Source of the DNA: the human T2T-CHM13v2.0 reference genome, Homo sapiens
Direction: 5' to 3' (one strand)
DNA length: 64,000 bases
NCBI RefSeq assembly: GCF_009914755.1
Contig: NC_060928.1
This document shows positions 46,879-63,030 of the stretch, piece by piece. The notes under the pieces are model-generated. The model was given only the letters and a program-made list of their open reading frames with translations, made no database searches and was not told the origin of the DNA. Position 1 is the stretch's first letter. Each line of letters starts with the position of its first letter. The translations under genes were made by a program, and so were the position numbers.

Positions 46879-49470
46879 CAGAAACTGATTTTTTTTTAAA
46901 CAAATTGAAGATCTATGACAGCTCTGCATCAAGCAAGCCTTTTGGTATCATTTTTCCAACAGTATCTCTGTGTCACATTTTGGTAACTTTTGCAATATTT
47001 AGAACTTTTTCATTGTTATTATATCTGCTATGGTGATCTGTGGTCAGTGATCCTTGATGTTACTATTATAATTGTTTTGGGGCTCCACAAACCATACCCA
47101 TAGTAGACCACAAACTTAATAAATGTTGTATGTGATCTGACTGCTCTACTGACTAGCTGTCCCCCCATGTCTCTCCCTCTTCTCAGGCCTCCCTATTCCC
47201 TGATACACAGCAATATTAAAATTAGGCTAATTAATAACTCTATAAGGCCTGTGAGTGTTCAAGTGGAAGGAAACATTGCACATCTCTCACTTTAAATCAA
47301 AAGCCAGAAATGATTAAGCTAAGTGAGGAAGGCATGTCAAAAGCCAAGAATGGCTAAAAATTAGGCCTCTTGCACCAAATAACCAAGCTGCAAATGCAAA
47401 GGGAAACTTCTTGAAGGAAATTAGAAGTGCTAGTCCAGTGAACACATGAATGATAAGAACGTGGAACAACAACCTTATTGCTGATACAGAGAAAGTTTGA
47501 GTACAAAGCCTAATTCAGAGCAAAGCCTTAACTCTCTTCAGTTCTATGAAGACTGCAAGATGTGAGGAAGCTGCAGAAGAAAGATTTGAAGCTATTAGGG
47601 TTAGTTAATTAGGTTTAAGGAAAGACACCATCTCCATAACATAAAAGTGCAATGCGAAGCAGCAAGTGCTGATGGCGAATTTGTAGCAAGTTATCCAGAT
47701 GTAGTTAAGATTGTTCATGAAGGTGGCTACACCAGAAAAATGGATTTTGATAGAAGCAAACTTCTGTTTAGAGAAGATGCCATTTAGGACTTTCACAGCT
47801 AAAGAGCAGTCAATGCCTTATGCCAAAGCTTCAAAGGACAGGCGAATTCTCTCGTGAGGGGCTAATGCAGATGGTGAATTTAAGTCAAAGCCAATGTTCA
47901 TTTATTATTGCAAAAATCCTAGGATCCTTAAGAATTATGCTAAATTTACCCTGCCTGTGCTCTAGAAATGGAACAACAAGCCTGGATGATGGAACATCTG
48001 TTTACAGCTTGACTCACTAAATATTTTAAGCCCACTGTTGAGAACTACTGCTTAGAAAAAAGTATTCCTTTCCAAGTATTACTGCTTATTAACAATGCAC
48101 CTGGTCACCCGGGAGCTCTGACGGAAATGTATAAGGAGATTAATGTTGTTTTTATGCCTTCTAACACAACATCCGTCCTGTAGCCCATGGATCAAGGAGT
48201 AATTGTGATTTTGAAGTCTTATTATTTAAGAAATACAGTTTATATTTGCTGTAGATAGTGATTCCTCTGATGGAACTGGGCAAAATAATTTGCAAACCTT
48301 CTGGAAAGGATTCACCATTCTAGATGTCATTAAAAATATTCCTGATTCATAGGAGGAGGTCAAAATATCAATATTAACAGGAGTTTGGAAGTTGATGCCA
48401 ACTGTCATGATGACTTTGAGGGGTTCAAGACTTCAGTTGAGGAATTAACTATAGAAGTGGTGGAAATAGCAAGAGATCTAGAATTAGAAGTGGAGCCTGA
48501 AGATGTGACTGAATTGCTGCAATCTCCTGATAAAACTTGAATGGATGAGTAGTTGCTTCTCATGTATAAGGAAAAGAAATATGGATGAAGCTGGAAACCA
48601 TCATTCTCAGCAAACTATCACAAGGACAAAAAACCAAACACCTCATGTTCTCACTCATAGGTGGGAATTGAACAATGAGAACACATGGACACAGGAAGGG
48701 GAACATCACACATCAGGGACTGTTGTGGGGTGGGGGGAGGGGGGAGGGATAGCATTAGGAGATATACCTAATGCTAAATGACGAGTTAATGGGTGCAGCA
48801 TACCAACATGGCACATGTATACATATGTAACAAACCTGCACGTTGTGCGCATGTACCCTAAAACTTAAAGTATAACATTAATAAAATAAAAAAACTAAAA
48901 AAAAAGAAATAGTTTCTTACAATGAAATCTACTCCTAGTAAAGATGTTGTGAACATTGTTGAAATGACAACAAAGGATTTAGAATATTTCATAAATTTAG
49001 TTGATAAAGCAGTGACATGGTTTCAGAAGATTGATTTCAATTGTGAAAGAAATTCAAAGGGTAAAATGCTGTCAAGCAGCATTCCTTGCTACAGAGAAAT
49101 CTTTCGTGAAAGAAGCATCAACTGATGTAACAAACTTCATTGTCTTGTCTTAAGAAATTGCCACAACCAACCCAACCTTCAGCAACCATTACCCTGAGCA
49201 GTCAGCAGCCATCAACATGGAGAAAGACCTTCAACCAGCGGAAAAATTATGACTTGCTCAAATGATTGTTAGCATTTTTTAGCAATAAAAGATTTTTTAA
49301 ATGTTATGTACATTTTTTAGACGTAATGCTTTAGCAAACTTAATGGACTACAGTATGGTGTAAACCTAACTTTTACATTCACTGGGAAACCCAAAAATTC
49401 ATGGGACTAATTTTATTGCAATATGTGCTTTATTTCAGCAGTCTGGAACCAAATGAACCCACAAAATCTG
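46879..49470 (+). mobile_element. Tigger1 body with decayed pogo-like transposase
   Basis: ACAAATTGAAG...CTCACTTTAAATCAAAAGCCAGAAATGATTAAGC; DDE motifs [11 protein letters not shown] and PMDQG; 3' end GTCTGGAACC. Confidence 0.93.
48581..48901 (+). mobile_element. Short L1PA4-like 3' fragment inserted in Tigger1
   Basis: L1 ORF2 end, 3'UTR and A-tail; TSD AAAAGAAATA at 48572-48581 and 48902-48911. Confidence 0.93.
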
Positions 49471-49738
49471 TATTCTGATGCCACTTGGCCTAGGGAATGC
49501 AACTGCTCAAGAGTAATGGATGAACAACTGGAATTGCAAAGGCTTCAACAGTAGTGTTTTGATAAATGCCTCAGACCTTAATGCTTATAAAAATTGGTGA
49601 ACCCACAGTAGTCTCTGGAAGTGTCTTGAAGAAAAATGGTCGAAATATGTTTAGTCAGAAAGCCAATCTGTGAAAATATAATAGTTTCTGAAGTCTTAAG
49701 CAATTCATGACTGGCTAGGAGCAGACGTTCCAACATAC

Positions 49739-49828
49739 CTCTTTCAGAGCCTGGGATGTTAAAATACCATTTAGATCCTTGAAGTAAGCTGATATTTTCA
49801 CCTCATAAAAGTACTTCTGCATGTTCAC
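49739..49828 (-). other. Candidate spliced exon (90 nt, phase 0-0, open: VNMQKYFYEVKISAYFKDLNGILTSQALKE)
   Basis: Acceptor CTTTTTTCTTCTTCTCAG| and donor GAG|GTATGT; the other two frames contain stops. Confidence 0.4.
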
Positions 49829-50626
49829 CTGAGAAGAAGAAAAAAGTGACATTTTCTAGTGGCTTTCATGAAGTATCCCAGTACTCTCAAAAGGAAGAAA
49901 CAGAAAACTCTTCATTGCCAGATGCTTGGAGATGGGAGGGAGGTAGTACATCAGTATCTGTAATTCTTATAGCAGTATTGTTTCAAAACATGCTATGTAC
50001 ATACTTACATACCTATGAACAGACATGTCAACATTCTTTAGCAATCAATCTAAAGTCTTTTCCTCCTAGACTCCTGTTCTCTCTGCAGTATATTAGAATG
50101 CAAAGATTTCAGCAGGAGTTGGATTCATTCTTGGATACCACTTAACTATTCTGAATTTCCTGTATGTCAGCTTTCTCTGAGTTTTTAATCCTATGAGAGA
50201 TGCCAGCTTTTAGGAACATGGATAGGACATCCCCATTTTGTCACTGCTGGGGCACAAAATCCCTGCCATGTAATTTAATGGTCTCTTTCCTCTATTGAAA
50301 TTAATATTTGAAAATTGAAAGCCCAACATTAGCACCAAATATTTTAAACATTTTATAGCCCTTCAGCTGTTCTGTAGTGCCAGTTTGCTTTCCATTCCCC
50401 TTGACATCTCACAATGCTAAGTACCCAGGGACAGCCTGTAGAGGTTTCCCCATAATCCACCTTTATCCATTAACAGACACTCAATCACTAAAGTGCTTAC
50501 TAGACTAAACATATTTATCCAACCAAATCACACTTTACAATGCAAATCTGCCAATCAGACCTTGGATATTAACGAGGAACTGCTTTAAGGGGATTTTGGT
50601 GTTTGTGCTGTGAAGAGCCTGCTTAC

Positions 50627-50687
50627 CTCCAACGAACCACTAAACCAAATTAACATAGCTGTATCCTCATAAAAGAAACCAGATATC
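50627..50687 (-). other. Candidate spliced exon (61 nt, phase 2-0, open: ISGFFYEDTAMLIWFSGSLE)
   Basis: Acceptor CTCTCTATTTTCACAACAG| and donor GAG|GTAAGC. Confidence 0.35.
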
Positions 50688-52390
50688 CTGTTGTGAAAAT
50701 AGAGAGCTTGGTGGGACAGGCCTCCTTTGATGGCTAACAGTGTGGCAGACAAGGGTTCAGACTTCAAATCTGGCTACCACAAAGTCATTATGAACCTCCA
50801 GCATCAGGCTTTTGATAACTTTAAAAGCAAAATAAAAATGTAGCATTGGGGTAACTCAGTAAGTTGTCAACTTACCCAGTTACTATTATAATTGCAATAA
50901 GTGCTGTAATTGTTGGATAAGGCTCCTTAATTCTAATTGCTCCTTCAACCAAGATCATGTTGTAAAAGTGCTTGCATTAGCCAAAAATAAAATCCAAGAG
51001 ACACAAATGTGGTAGTAATAATAATTCTTTTTATTGGCCTGAAAGAGAGGAAGAGAACAAAGCTTTAAAAACTTCAAAGTTCTGACCAGAAAAAAAAAAT
51101 CAGAATTGGAGAAACTCATACACTCTTTGCCCCTTTATTAGACCAATGCTCACTAAGTGCCATCACCATGAGTTGAGGGGTTGACAGCACTTTTTTTTCA
51201 GGTCTGCGAGTAAGTTACACCATCTATGTTGCCGTCTTAATTTAAGATTTCTGTCACAAACTACATAACACAGCCCTGTATGTCCTCACTCAGACCTCTT
51301 AATCACTTCAGACTTATTGGTATTATACCTCCTTTAAATACCAATATTTTAAGGCCGCTTTGACACTTGGTAGGGTTTGAGGTAATTTTTTTCTCCCCAC
51401 TTAGCTAGCAAGAGAAGAAAGGCAGAATTTACTCAGAGTTAAAGTACAGACACAGTGTAAATAGTAATTCGTAAAATAATAGGCAATTATGCTGCACAGA
51501 AAAAGAACGCTACTGTATCTCAACTCTACACTTCGGGTCCTAAAATGAAATATGAATTTCCAGTCTTTACTGTTTATCAAAAATAATGAGCACTTTCTTA
51601 TTTTGGTAGACTTTATAGGCACTTCTGGGGAAAATATTATGTGTGGCTAGAACAAGCTTCATTTTGGAGGCCACTTTTCACTCTGGAATAATTTCCAAAG
51701 TGAATAAACCACAACATGTGCATTTTTCCAAAGATCAGCCGAGTAGAAACTTCAAGCCAAAGTAGAAATTAAATTGTCATGCAGCAAAATGTCAGTAGTT
51801 TGCTAGAAATAGTTTAGGAGCATGCGTACATGCCTGAAGTAGAAATAATAAATATAAGTTTTTGCTCGTATATATATTTAATTTTTGTCTAATACTCTCA
51901 TCTCTCATAATACAGGAATGAGTTAAGAAAGAGTTGCTAGATGAAGCATGACATATATTTGGGCTAGATTTTTGCTGTAAAATGTGTGTAAAACCATCTG
52001 GATGGCTTACTTATTTAGAAAATGAAACAAGTAGCAATGGTTTTGTATATGTGTGAAGATGTATAATTTTTTCAACATTTGAATTAATAATGTGAACATT
52101 CTATAGATAAGCCAGCATCCCATTTATGTTAACTGCACCAACTCATGTTCTTATAAAAGTACTTACATTAGGTTTATGAAAAAAAAGAGATTTAAATCTG
52201 AAAGTGACAAATATAATTTATGGACAACCAAGGAATAGTGAAAATATTCAGTAAAATCATAATGAATAACAATATTGGAAAGTTTAACCTTTTGCTTTAA
52301 AAACCTTTGTTATAATTAAGCTACCATAGTGAACAGCATTTATAAACAAAATTATAATGTTGCTATATTTTTCTTGCACAATGGCTTTTA

Positions 52391-52614
52391 TTTATTTATT
52401 TGTTATTTTACTTTAAGTTCTGGGATACATGTGCTGAACATGCAGGTTTGTTACATAGGTAAGCATGTGTCATGGTGGTTTGCTGCACCTATCAACCTGT
52501 CATCTAGGTTTTAAGCCCTGCATGCATTAGTTATTTGTCCTAATGTCCCTTTGCCCCTGCCCTCAGATAGGACCCGGCTTATGATATTTCCCTCCCTGCA
52601 TCCATGTCTTCTCA
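52391..52614 (-). mobile_element. L1PA8-like 3' fragment
   Basis: AGGTTTTAAGCCCTGCATGCATTAG diagnostic; perfect TSD GCACAATGGCTTTTA at 52376-52390 and 52615-52629. Confidence 0.92.
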
Positions 52615-52909
52615 GCACAATGGCTTTTAAATTTCATTTTTGGATAGGAATATTAAGCATTCACTATTTTCATGTTGGATTTTGAAACTGCATTTTTCTT
52701 GCAACAATGTGTTTCTTCTAGTAAGGATAATGCAGTTGGTAAATCACATTTAATGATATAGACAAATGTTTTGAGAGGTAGAAGGAGCAGAAAACATTAT
52801 TCATCTTAGAGGTGTTCATAGTATAAAATTACAAAGAGATCATAAAATATTGACAAGAAATGTAAAAATATAGTATGTAGAGGAGTAAATGAAAGAGATA
52901 GGAGATAGA

Positions 52910-53040
52910 GAAGGTTCCAGCATTGGATTGTAAATTCTTCCTGAGAAGGATGGTCATTTTTGTTTCCTAATATCATTAGTGTCTGGTATTGTACAAAGAA
53001 GAGATTGATAAATGTTTTTTGAGTAAATGAATAAAAGAAT
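52910..53040 (+). mobile_element. L2 3' end
   Basis: GGATTGTAAATTCTTCCTGAG...GATAAATGTTTTTTGAGTAAATGAAT. Confidence 0.55.
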
Positions 53041-53649
53041 TCCTAGAGAAAAGTTTGACAACAGTACTCGAGGAAAGGAGACTCATGAAACAAGGAGGAA
53101 GATTTTTCCCCCAGGCCCCTGAAAGGTAAAGGCCACAGAAACCTGAGGGGAGAAACGGCACATGAATGAAGGGTGCAATTGGAATACTAGGTGTCGCCCC
53201 AAGCCTTGCTCCAAGGGAAGGCAGATAAAAAGCACATTTTTTAGAAAGCCAAATTTAGAATCAGTCAGTGTTTTGAAAATATCTAAGACGAGTTTTTCTT
53301 TGTATTTTTGAAAGCAGGACCACCACTTACAATAGGGCTTGGAAGTGACATAGCTCTCATTTAGTTCACTCCCCATCTGGTTAGTGTAGGAGTTTCTTCT
53401 GTGGCATCCCTACCACAGATCTTAAGAGAGAATTTTTAGTTATAGTAGAAGAATGTTCAAATGTAAGTCCTTGTTTTATTATCCCATGTTGCAGGAAAAT
53501 GGGTACCTAGGAAGATGCTCAGGGTGTGAGATGGAAATCTATTGGAGAAATTATCAACACTGCGACCATTTGTATTTGGCCTCATCAGTTGTAGGTGTCT
53601 AAGTATGATATTATCAATTCTCATTGTCTTCCTTCTCCTGCAGATGGAA

Positions 53650-54129
53650 TTATCTGTAGTAGAATTTTTTAAACTTGGGGGTGGAGCTAAGATGGCCGAA
53701 TAGGAACAGCTCCAGTCTACAGCTCCCAGCGTGAGCGACACAGAATACGGGTGATTTCTGTGTTTCCAACTGAGGTACCGGGTTCATCTCACTGGGAAGT
53801 GCCAGATAGTTGGTGCAGGACAGTGGTTGCTGTGCACCATGCATAAGCTGAAGCAGGGCGAGGCATCTCCTCACCCGGGAAGTGCAAGGGGTCAGGGAAT
53901 TCCCTTTCCTAGTCAAAGAAAGGGGTGACAGACGGCACCTGGAAAATCGTGTCACTCCCACCCTAACACTGCGCTCTTCCAACGGGCTTAACAAATGGCA
54001 CACCAGGAGATTATATCCTGCACATGGCTCAGAGGGCCCTATGCCTATGGAGCCTCGCTCATTGCTAGCACAGCAATCTGAGATCAAACTGCAAGGCAGC
54101 AGTGAGGCTGGGGGAGGGGCGCCCGCCAT
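53650..54129 (-). CDS. ORF0: L1 antisense ORF0, open and extended to 159 aa (expression unverified)
   Basis: MAGAPPPASLLPCSLISDCCASNERGS... matches the ORF0 N-terminus; Kozak GCAATGG; no stop until 53650-53652, just outside the element. Confidence 0.55.
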   Translation of the reverse strand: MAGAPPPASLLPCSLISDCCASNERGSIGIGPSEPCAGYNLLVCHLLSPLEERSVRVGVTRFSRCRLSPLSLTRKGNSLTPCTSRVRRCLALLQLMHGAQQPLSCTNYLALPSEMNPVPQLETQKSPVFCVAHAGSCRLELFLFGHLSSTPKFKKFYYR

Positions 54130-54704
54130 TGCCCAGGCTTGAGCAGGTAAACAAAGCGGCCGGGAAGCTCGAACTGGGTGGAGCCCACCACAGCTCAAGT
54201 AGGTCTGCCTGCCTCTGTAGGCTCCACCTCTAGGGGCAGGGCACAGACAAACAAAAGACAGCAATAACCTCTGCAGACTTAAATGTCCCTGTGTGACAGC
54301 TTTGAAGAGAGTAGTGGTTCTCCCAGCATGCAGCTTGAGATCTGAGAATGGGCAGACTGCCTCCTAAAGTGGGTCCCTAACCCCCGAGTAGTCTAACTGG
54401 GAGGCACCCCCCAGTAGGGGCGGACTGACACCTCACACGGCCAGGTACTCCTCTAGGACAAAACTTCCAGAGGAACAATCAGGCAGCAGCATTTGCGGTT
54501 CACCAATATCCGCTGTTCTGCAGCCACCGCTGCTGATACCCAGGCGAACAGGGTCTGGAGTGGACCTCCAGTAAACTCCAACAGACCTGCAGCTGAGGGT
54601 CCTGACTGTTAGAAGGAAAACTAACAAACAGAAAGGACATCCACACCAAAAACCCATCTGTACGTCACCATCATCAAAGACCAAAGGTAGATAAAACTAC
54701 AAAG

Positions 54705-55721
54705 ATGGGGAAAAAACAGAGCAGAAAAACCGGAAACTCTAAAAATCAGAGCACCTCTCCTCCTCCAAAGGAATGCAGCTCCTCACCAGCAACTGAACAA
54801 AGCTGAACGGAGAATGACTTTGACGAGTTGAGAGAAGAAGTCATCAGAAGATCAAACTACTCCCAGCTAAAGGAGGAAGTTCGAACCAATAGCAAAGAAG
54901 TTAAAAACTTTGAAAAAAAATTAGACGAATGGATAGCTAGAATAACCAATGCAGAGAAGTCCTTAAAGGACCTGATGGAGCTGAAAACCATGGCATGAGA
55001 ACTACGTGACGAATGCACAAGCCTCAGTAACCGATGCAATCAACTGGAAGAAAGAGTATCAGCGATAGAAGACGAAATGAATGAAATGAAGCGTGAAGAG
55101 AAGTTTAGAGAAAAAAGAATTAAAAGAAATGAACAAAGCCTCCAAGAAATATGGGACTATGTGAAAAGACCAAATCTACGTCTGATTGGTGTACCTGAAA
55201 GTGACGGGGAGAATGGAACCAAGTTGGAAAACACTCTGCAGGATATTATCCAGGAGAACTTCCCCAATCTAGCAATGCAGGCCAACATTCAAATTCAGGA
55301 AATACAGAGAACACCACAAAGATACTCCTCATAAAGAGCAGCTCCAAGACACATAATTGTCAGATTCAACAAAGTTGAAATGAAGGAAAAAATATTAAGG
55401 GCAGCCAGAGAGAAAGGTCGGGTTACCCACAAAGGGAAGCCCATCAGACTAACAGCGGATCTCTTGGCAGAAACTCTACAAGCCAGAAGAGAGTGGGGGC
55501 CAATATTCAACATTCTTAAAGAAAAGAATTTTCAACCCAGAATTTCATATCCAGCCAAATTAAGCTTCATAAGTGAAGGAGAAATAAAATACTTTACAGA
55601 TAAGCAAATGCTGAGAGATTTTGTTGCCACCAAGCCTGCCCTAAAAGAGCTCCTGAAGGAAGCACTAAACATGGAAAGGAACAACCGGTACCAGCCACTG
55701 CAAAAACATGCCAAATTGTAA
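54705..55721 (+). pseudogene. L1 ORF1p, full 338-codon frame with premature stops
   Basis: ATGGGGAAAAAACAG...CATGCCAAATTGTAA spans 1017 nt; in-frame stops at 54804, 54996 and 55332. Confidence 0.93.
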
Positions 55722-55784
55722 AGACCTTCAAGGCTAGGAAGAAACTGCATCAACTAACGAGCAAGATAACCAGCTAACATCATA

Positions 55785-59603
<3,819 letters not shown>

Positions 59604-61754
59604 ACAATGAGAACACATGGACACAGGAAGGGGAACATCACACACTGGGGACTGTTGTGGGATGGGGGGAGGTGGGAGGGATAGCATTAGGAGATATACC
59701 TAATGCTAAATGACGAGTTAATCGGTGCAGCACACCAACATGGCACATGTATACCTATGTAACAAACCTGCACGTTGTGCACATGTACCCTGAAACTTAA
59801 AGTATAATAATAATAATAATAAAGAATTTTTTAAACTTATTTCGTTAACCATTTGGTTTTTGTTTTGTCTCCTGGTAGCTTAGAATATTCTTTCCATTTA
59901 TCTGGTATTGCCTCAGACCCAAATTTGAATAGTTAAATCATTTATTTAGTGCTCGTGGTCTCAGAGATATGACAAAGCAAAGATCTCTTTCGACCTCAGT
60001 TTCTTAAAGCCTAGGGGAACAGAAAAGATTTGAGGGACAGTCAAAAACTTTAAAGACTTGAGGAATTAGGGGTTTTGCTCAAACCAGAAAGCATTTCTCT
60101 TGACTGTAGAATGGGAGGGGAGAAGAAAGGGGTGTATTTTGAAAAGAGACCTCGGTGGGTTCTGGGGAGAGGAGCTCGGTACCTCAAGCCTAGTTAGATC
60201 CATAGGATTTGGAAAAACCACAGATGGATCTGTGGGCTTTGAGGGCAGAGGGGATTCACAGATCCCTAGGAAGTGGTAGGACCCCAGAGGACACAGGCAG
60301 AACACAGGACAGAGTGGGTTCAGTAGAGGCATATAGGATCACAGATAGCCTTGCAGAATTCCCAAGCAAGAGGCCAGCCAGCACGGCAGCACACGGCCAA
60401 GGGATCCCAGGGCTAGAGAGGACATGTGAACAGTGTCCGAGTGGAGTGATGGATGAGGACCCCCTGGAACAGTGAACATTACAGAACATGTCTCAGTAGA
60501 TAACTGATATCAGAGATCAGATGGCACCCACTTCCCAGGCTTTGGTGCTGTGTACTCTCCTAGGCCTTAGTTCTGGAAAACGATGGGTGGTTACCTCAAT
60601 TGAATGAGATTTGGTTAGTGCCATCCAGATAGAATGGGGAAGAAAAATATAAATTTTGCTGAGCAACAAAATGAGAAATATTTAGAATATTGTACTACTT
60701 GTCAACTTGTGAATTTGTGGACCATAATTGATACCATCTATATATCATTAGTGTTTCTGAAACTATGAAACTAGTTTATGCATCTGGCACAACAAAGAAA
60801 ACATATTTTGCTCATTTCTACTCCCCCAAAAAAACCAAATAAACAAACCTAGAAATGTAAAAGAGTATCATGCATAAAGTGAATATTCTCGGTCCCTTCT
60901 TACCTCATAACTTATACGTGTACACTGGTTCTGCTCCATAGATGTAAGACCTGTGGATGAATATTTTTCACCCTTTTAGGGGCCATTATAGTATCTTCAT
61001 TTGAGGTTGGAAAACAGAAGAAAATACAATTCTACTTGTACCAGTTTAATTTTCATATTAAGATTTTATACTTATTTTAAACAAACTATGAAACTTACCA
61101 AGTTCCCCCATCATGACCTGCCTCAGCAATATGAAAATATTTTTGCAGAACTCTGACCAGAAATATATGGATTTTTTTGTTTTAATGTCACTCATGCAGC
61201 TTCAATGATGCATGAAGTTATGAAAATCTCGGGAGGGGGAGAAATCTACTAATGCACAAGTGATGTTAATTCAACAAGGGGCCATTTAATGTTGTTTAAT
61301 GACTGGAAATTATGTTAAGGTCAAATAAACTGAGGGCCCTGGTTCAAAAGACAGTCGCAAGCAAACTGGAATTATAGTAAGCAAGATAGTTCCTCCCAGC
61401 TGCTTAGATTTTCTTTTCCTGGAAGAACTTAATATATCCTTCAATCCCTGAATTGCGGTGGAGTTTGAAAACGAGGAAAGAATAACAGGAGACTATAAAT
61501 TGATTTGATTTACAGTAATGCAAGTAAAAGATCTTTCATTTCATTTTCCCTTGGAGAAACAATACTTCTATCAGTATAGACATCTATTTTGAAGCAATTC
61601 TGCAACTACATGGCCCATAAATTCCTCATAATATATTTCACAATTATTAATAATGATAACTTTAGTCTATGAAATGGAACTTTTGGAAACGGTTGAATCA
61701 CTGAAGGTGGAGAGATTTCTGCTTTCATTATGGGCTTTATCTTCTGTTATCACT

Positions 61755-61914
61755 CAAGGCATTAAAATGAAATAAAATTTAAAATTCAGTTTCTTAGTTG
61801 CACTAGGCACATTTCAGGAGCTCAGAAGCCACACATGGCCAGAGGTTTTTGTCTGGATAATGCAGAAGTAGAAAATTTCTGTCATCAAAGAAAGTCCTAT
61901 TGGACAGTACTGCT
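61755..61914 (+). mobile_element. MER33/MER3-like hAT-Charlie fragment
   Basis: AAAATTCAGTTTCTTAGTTGCACTAGGCACATTTCAGG...GAAAGTCCTATTGGACAG. Confidence 0.75.
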
Positions 61915-62690
61915 CCACATCTATGGCAATATATCAGGAGGGGTGAAAATCTGAAATGTTACTGCCACAGTTTTATTCTTTACTGACTACGTAAAACAAA
62001 ACTTTTCTGTTAAGAGCATGTTTATAGTAACACCATGACTAACATACTACTGATTTTCCAGTTCTGACGAGCTGACTGGCCGACTGAATGAATTTTTACT
62101 GATCTTAATGTAGTATGAAAGGAACAACTAAAATAAAATATGGTTTATTCTGCTGATTTGAAGTTAATGAGGGTTTTTTATATGAAAATGTAAATGTTGA
62201 TTACATATTATTCTTGTCTTAGCATGCAGATACAAACCACAGTTATAAAGAAGAGAACCCAATTCTTCACCAAAATTTTAGTTTCTTTTCTTTTTTTTAG
62301 CATTTATTCTGTCTGTACTAAAAAAGAATTTGTGAAGATGCTAGCACAAATATTTATATATACTCAGTGTATTTAAAGTGTCTTCTTATACATTTTGTAA
62401 TCAAATAATCTGCAATGTTCTGTGTACTCACATAAGGAATTTTGGGGTCCAACGTATTTGAAGTTTTCATATTGAGTCAGTTGAGAGGCCAGTTCATTTT
62501 AGAGACTAATCTTTATGTCTGTAATCTCTACTTTTTCCTGTGTTTATAGTTGAAATCCAGTTCTACTGAAAGTTTGTGGAATAATGACTTACACTAAGGA
62601 AGTGAGTCAGTGTCTCCAAGAAATAAAAGGATTAAATTCTGAGTATAGTAATGCCCATTGGTTTCTAAGTGTAGAACTGTGTGGTGAGAG

Positions 62691-62762
62691 AGAGAAAGTC
62701 GTTATGGAGGGAGAGAAGAGGGAGAGTTGTTATGGAGGAAGAGAAAGTTGTTATGGAGGAAG
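62691..62762. repeat. Three copies of a 20-bp purine-rich unit
   Basis: AG(A/G)GA(A/G)AGT(C/T)GTTATGGAGG at 62691, 62719 and 62740. Confidence 0.85.
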
Positions 62763-62963
62763 CTGTATGAATCCTGGAAGTCCAAATACACTCCTAAATG
62801 TATGATGACTTTGAAGATGGGTTAAAAAATAAGATGTACTTTTTTAGTGACATAAGTATCCATACTTAAAATGAGAATAATGTAGATTCTCTACTTATGT
62901 AAGTAGAGGCATTCTTATTTATTTGGAAGATTTGTTAAGTCTAGTATCTATTTCTAAATCAGG

Positions 62964-63030
62964 TTTTTTTTTTTTTTTTGGTATTGGTATTTCTCCTAAT
63001 GCTATCCCTACCTCCCCTAGCCCCTGACCC
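62964..63030 (-). mobile_element. Tiny L1PA 3'UTR fragment with poly(T)
   Basis: T16 followed by GGTATTGGTATTTCTCCTAATGCTATCCCTACCTCCCCTAGCCCC. Confidence 0.7.

Noticed and set aside
48727-48749. G-quadruplex motif
   Set aside because: Standard G-rich tract of L1PA 3'UTRs; not locus-specific.
46879-49470. Domesticated TIGD-like transposase gene
   Set aside because: The frame is broken by stops, frameshifts and an L1 insertion, and a catalytic-region Asp reads Asn (LLLINN).
59900-60720. Possible ancient LTR (similar blocks at about 29990-31140 and 37560-38090)
   Set aside because: Composition suggests old LTRs, but I cannot support a family or boundaries without a Dfam search.
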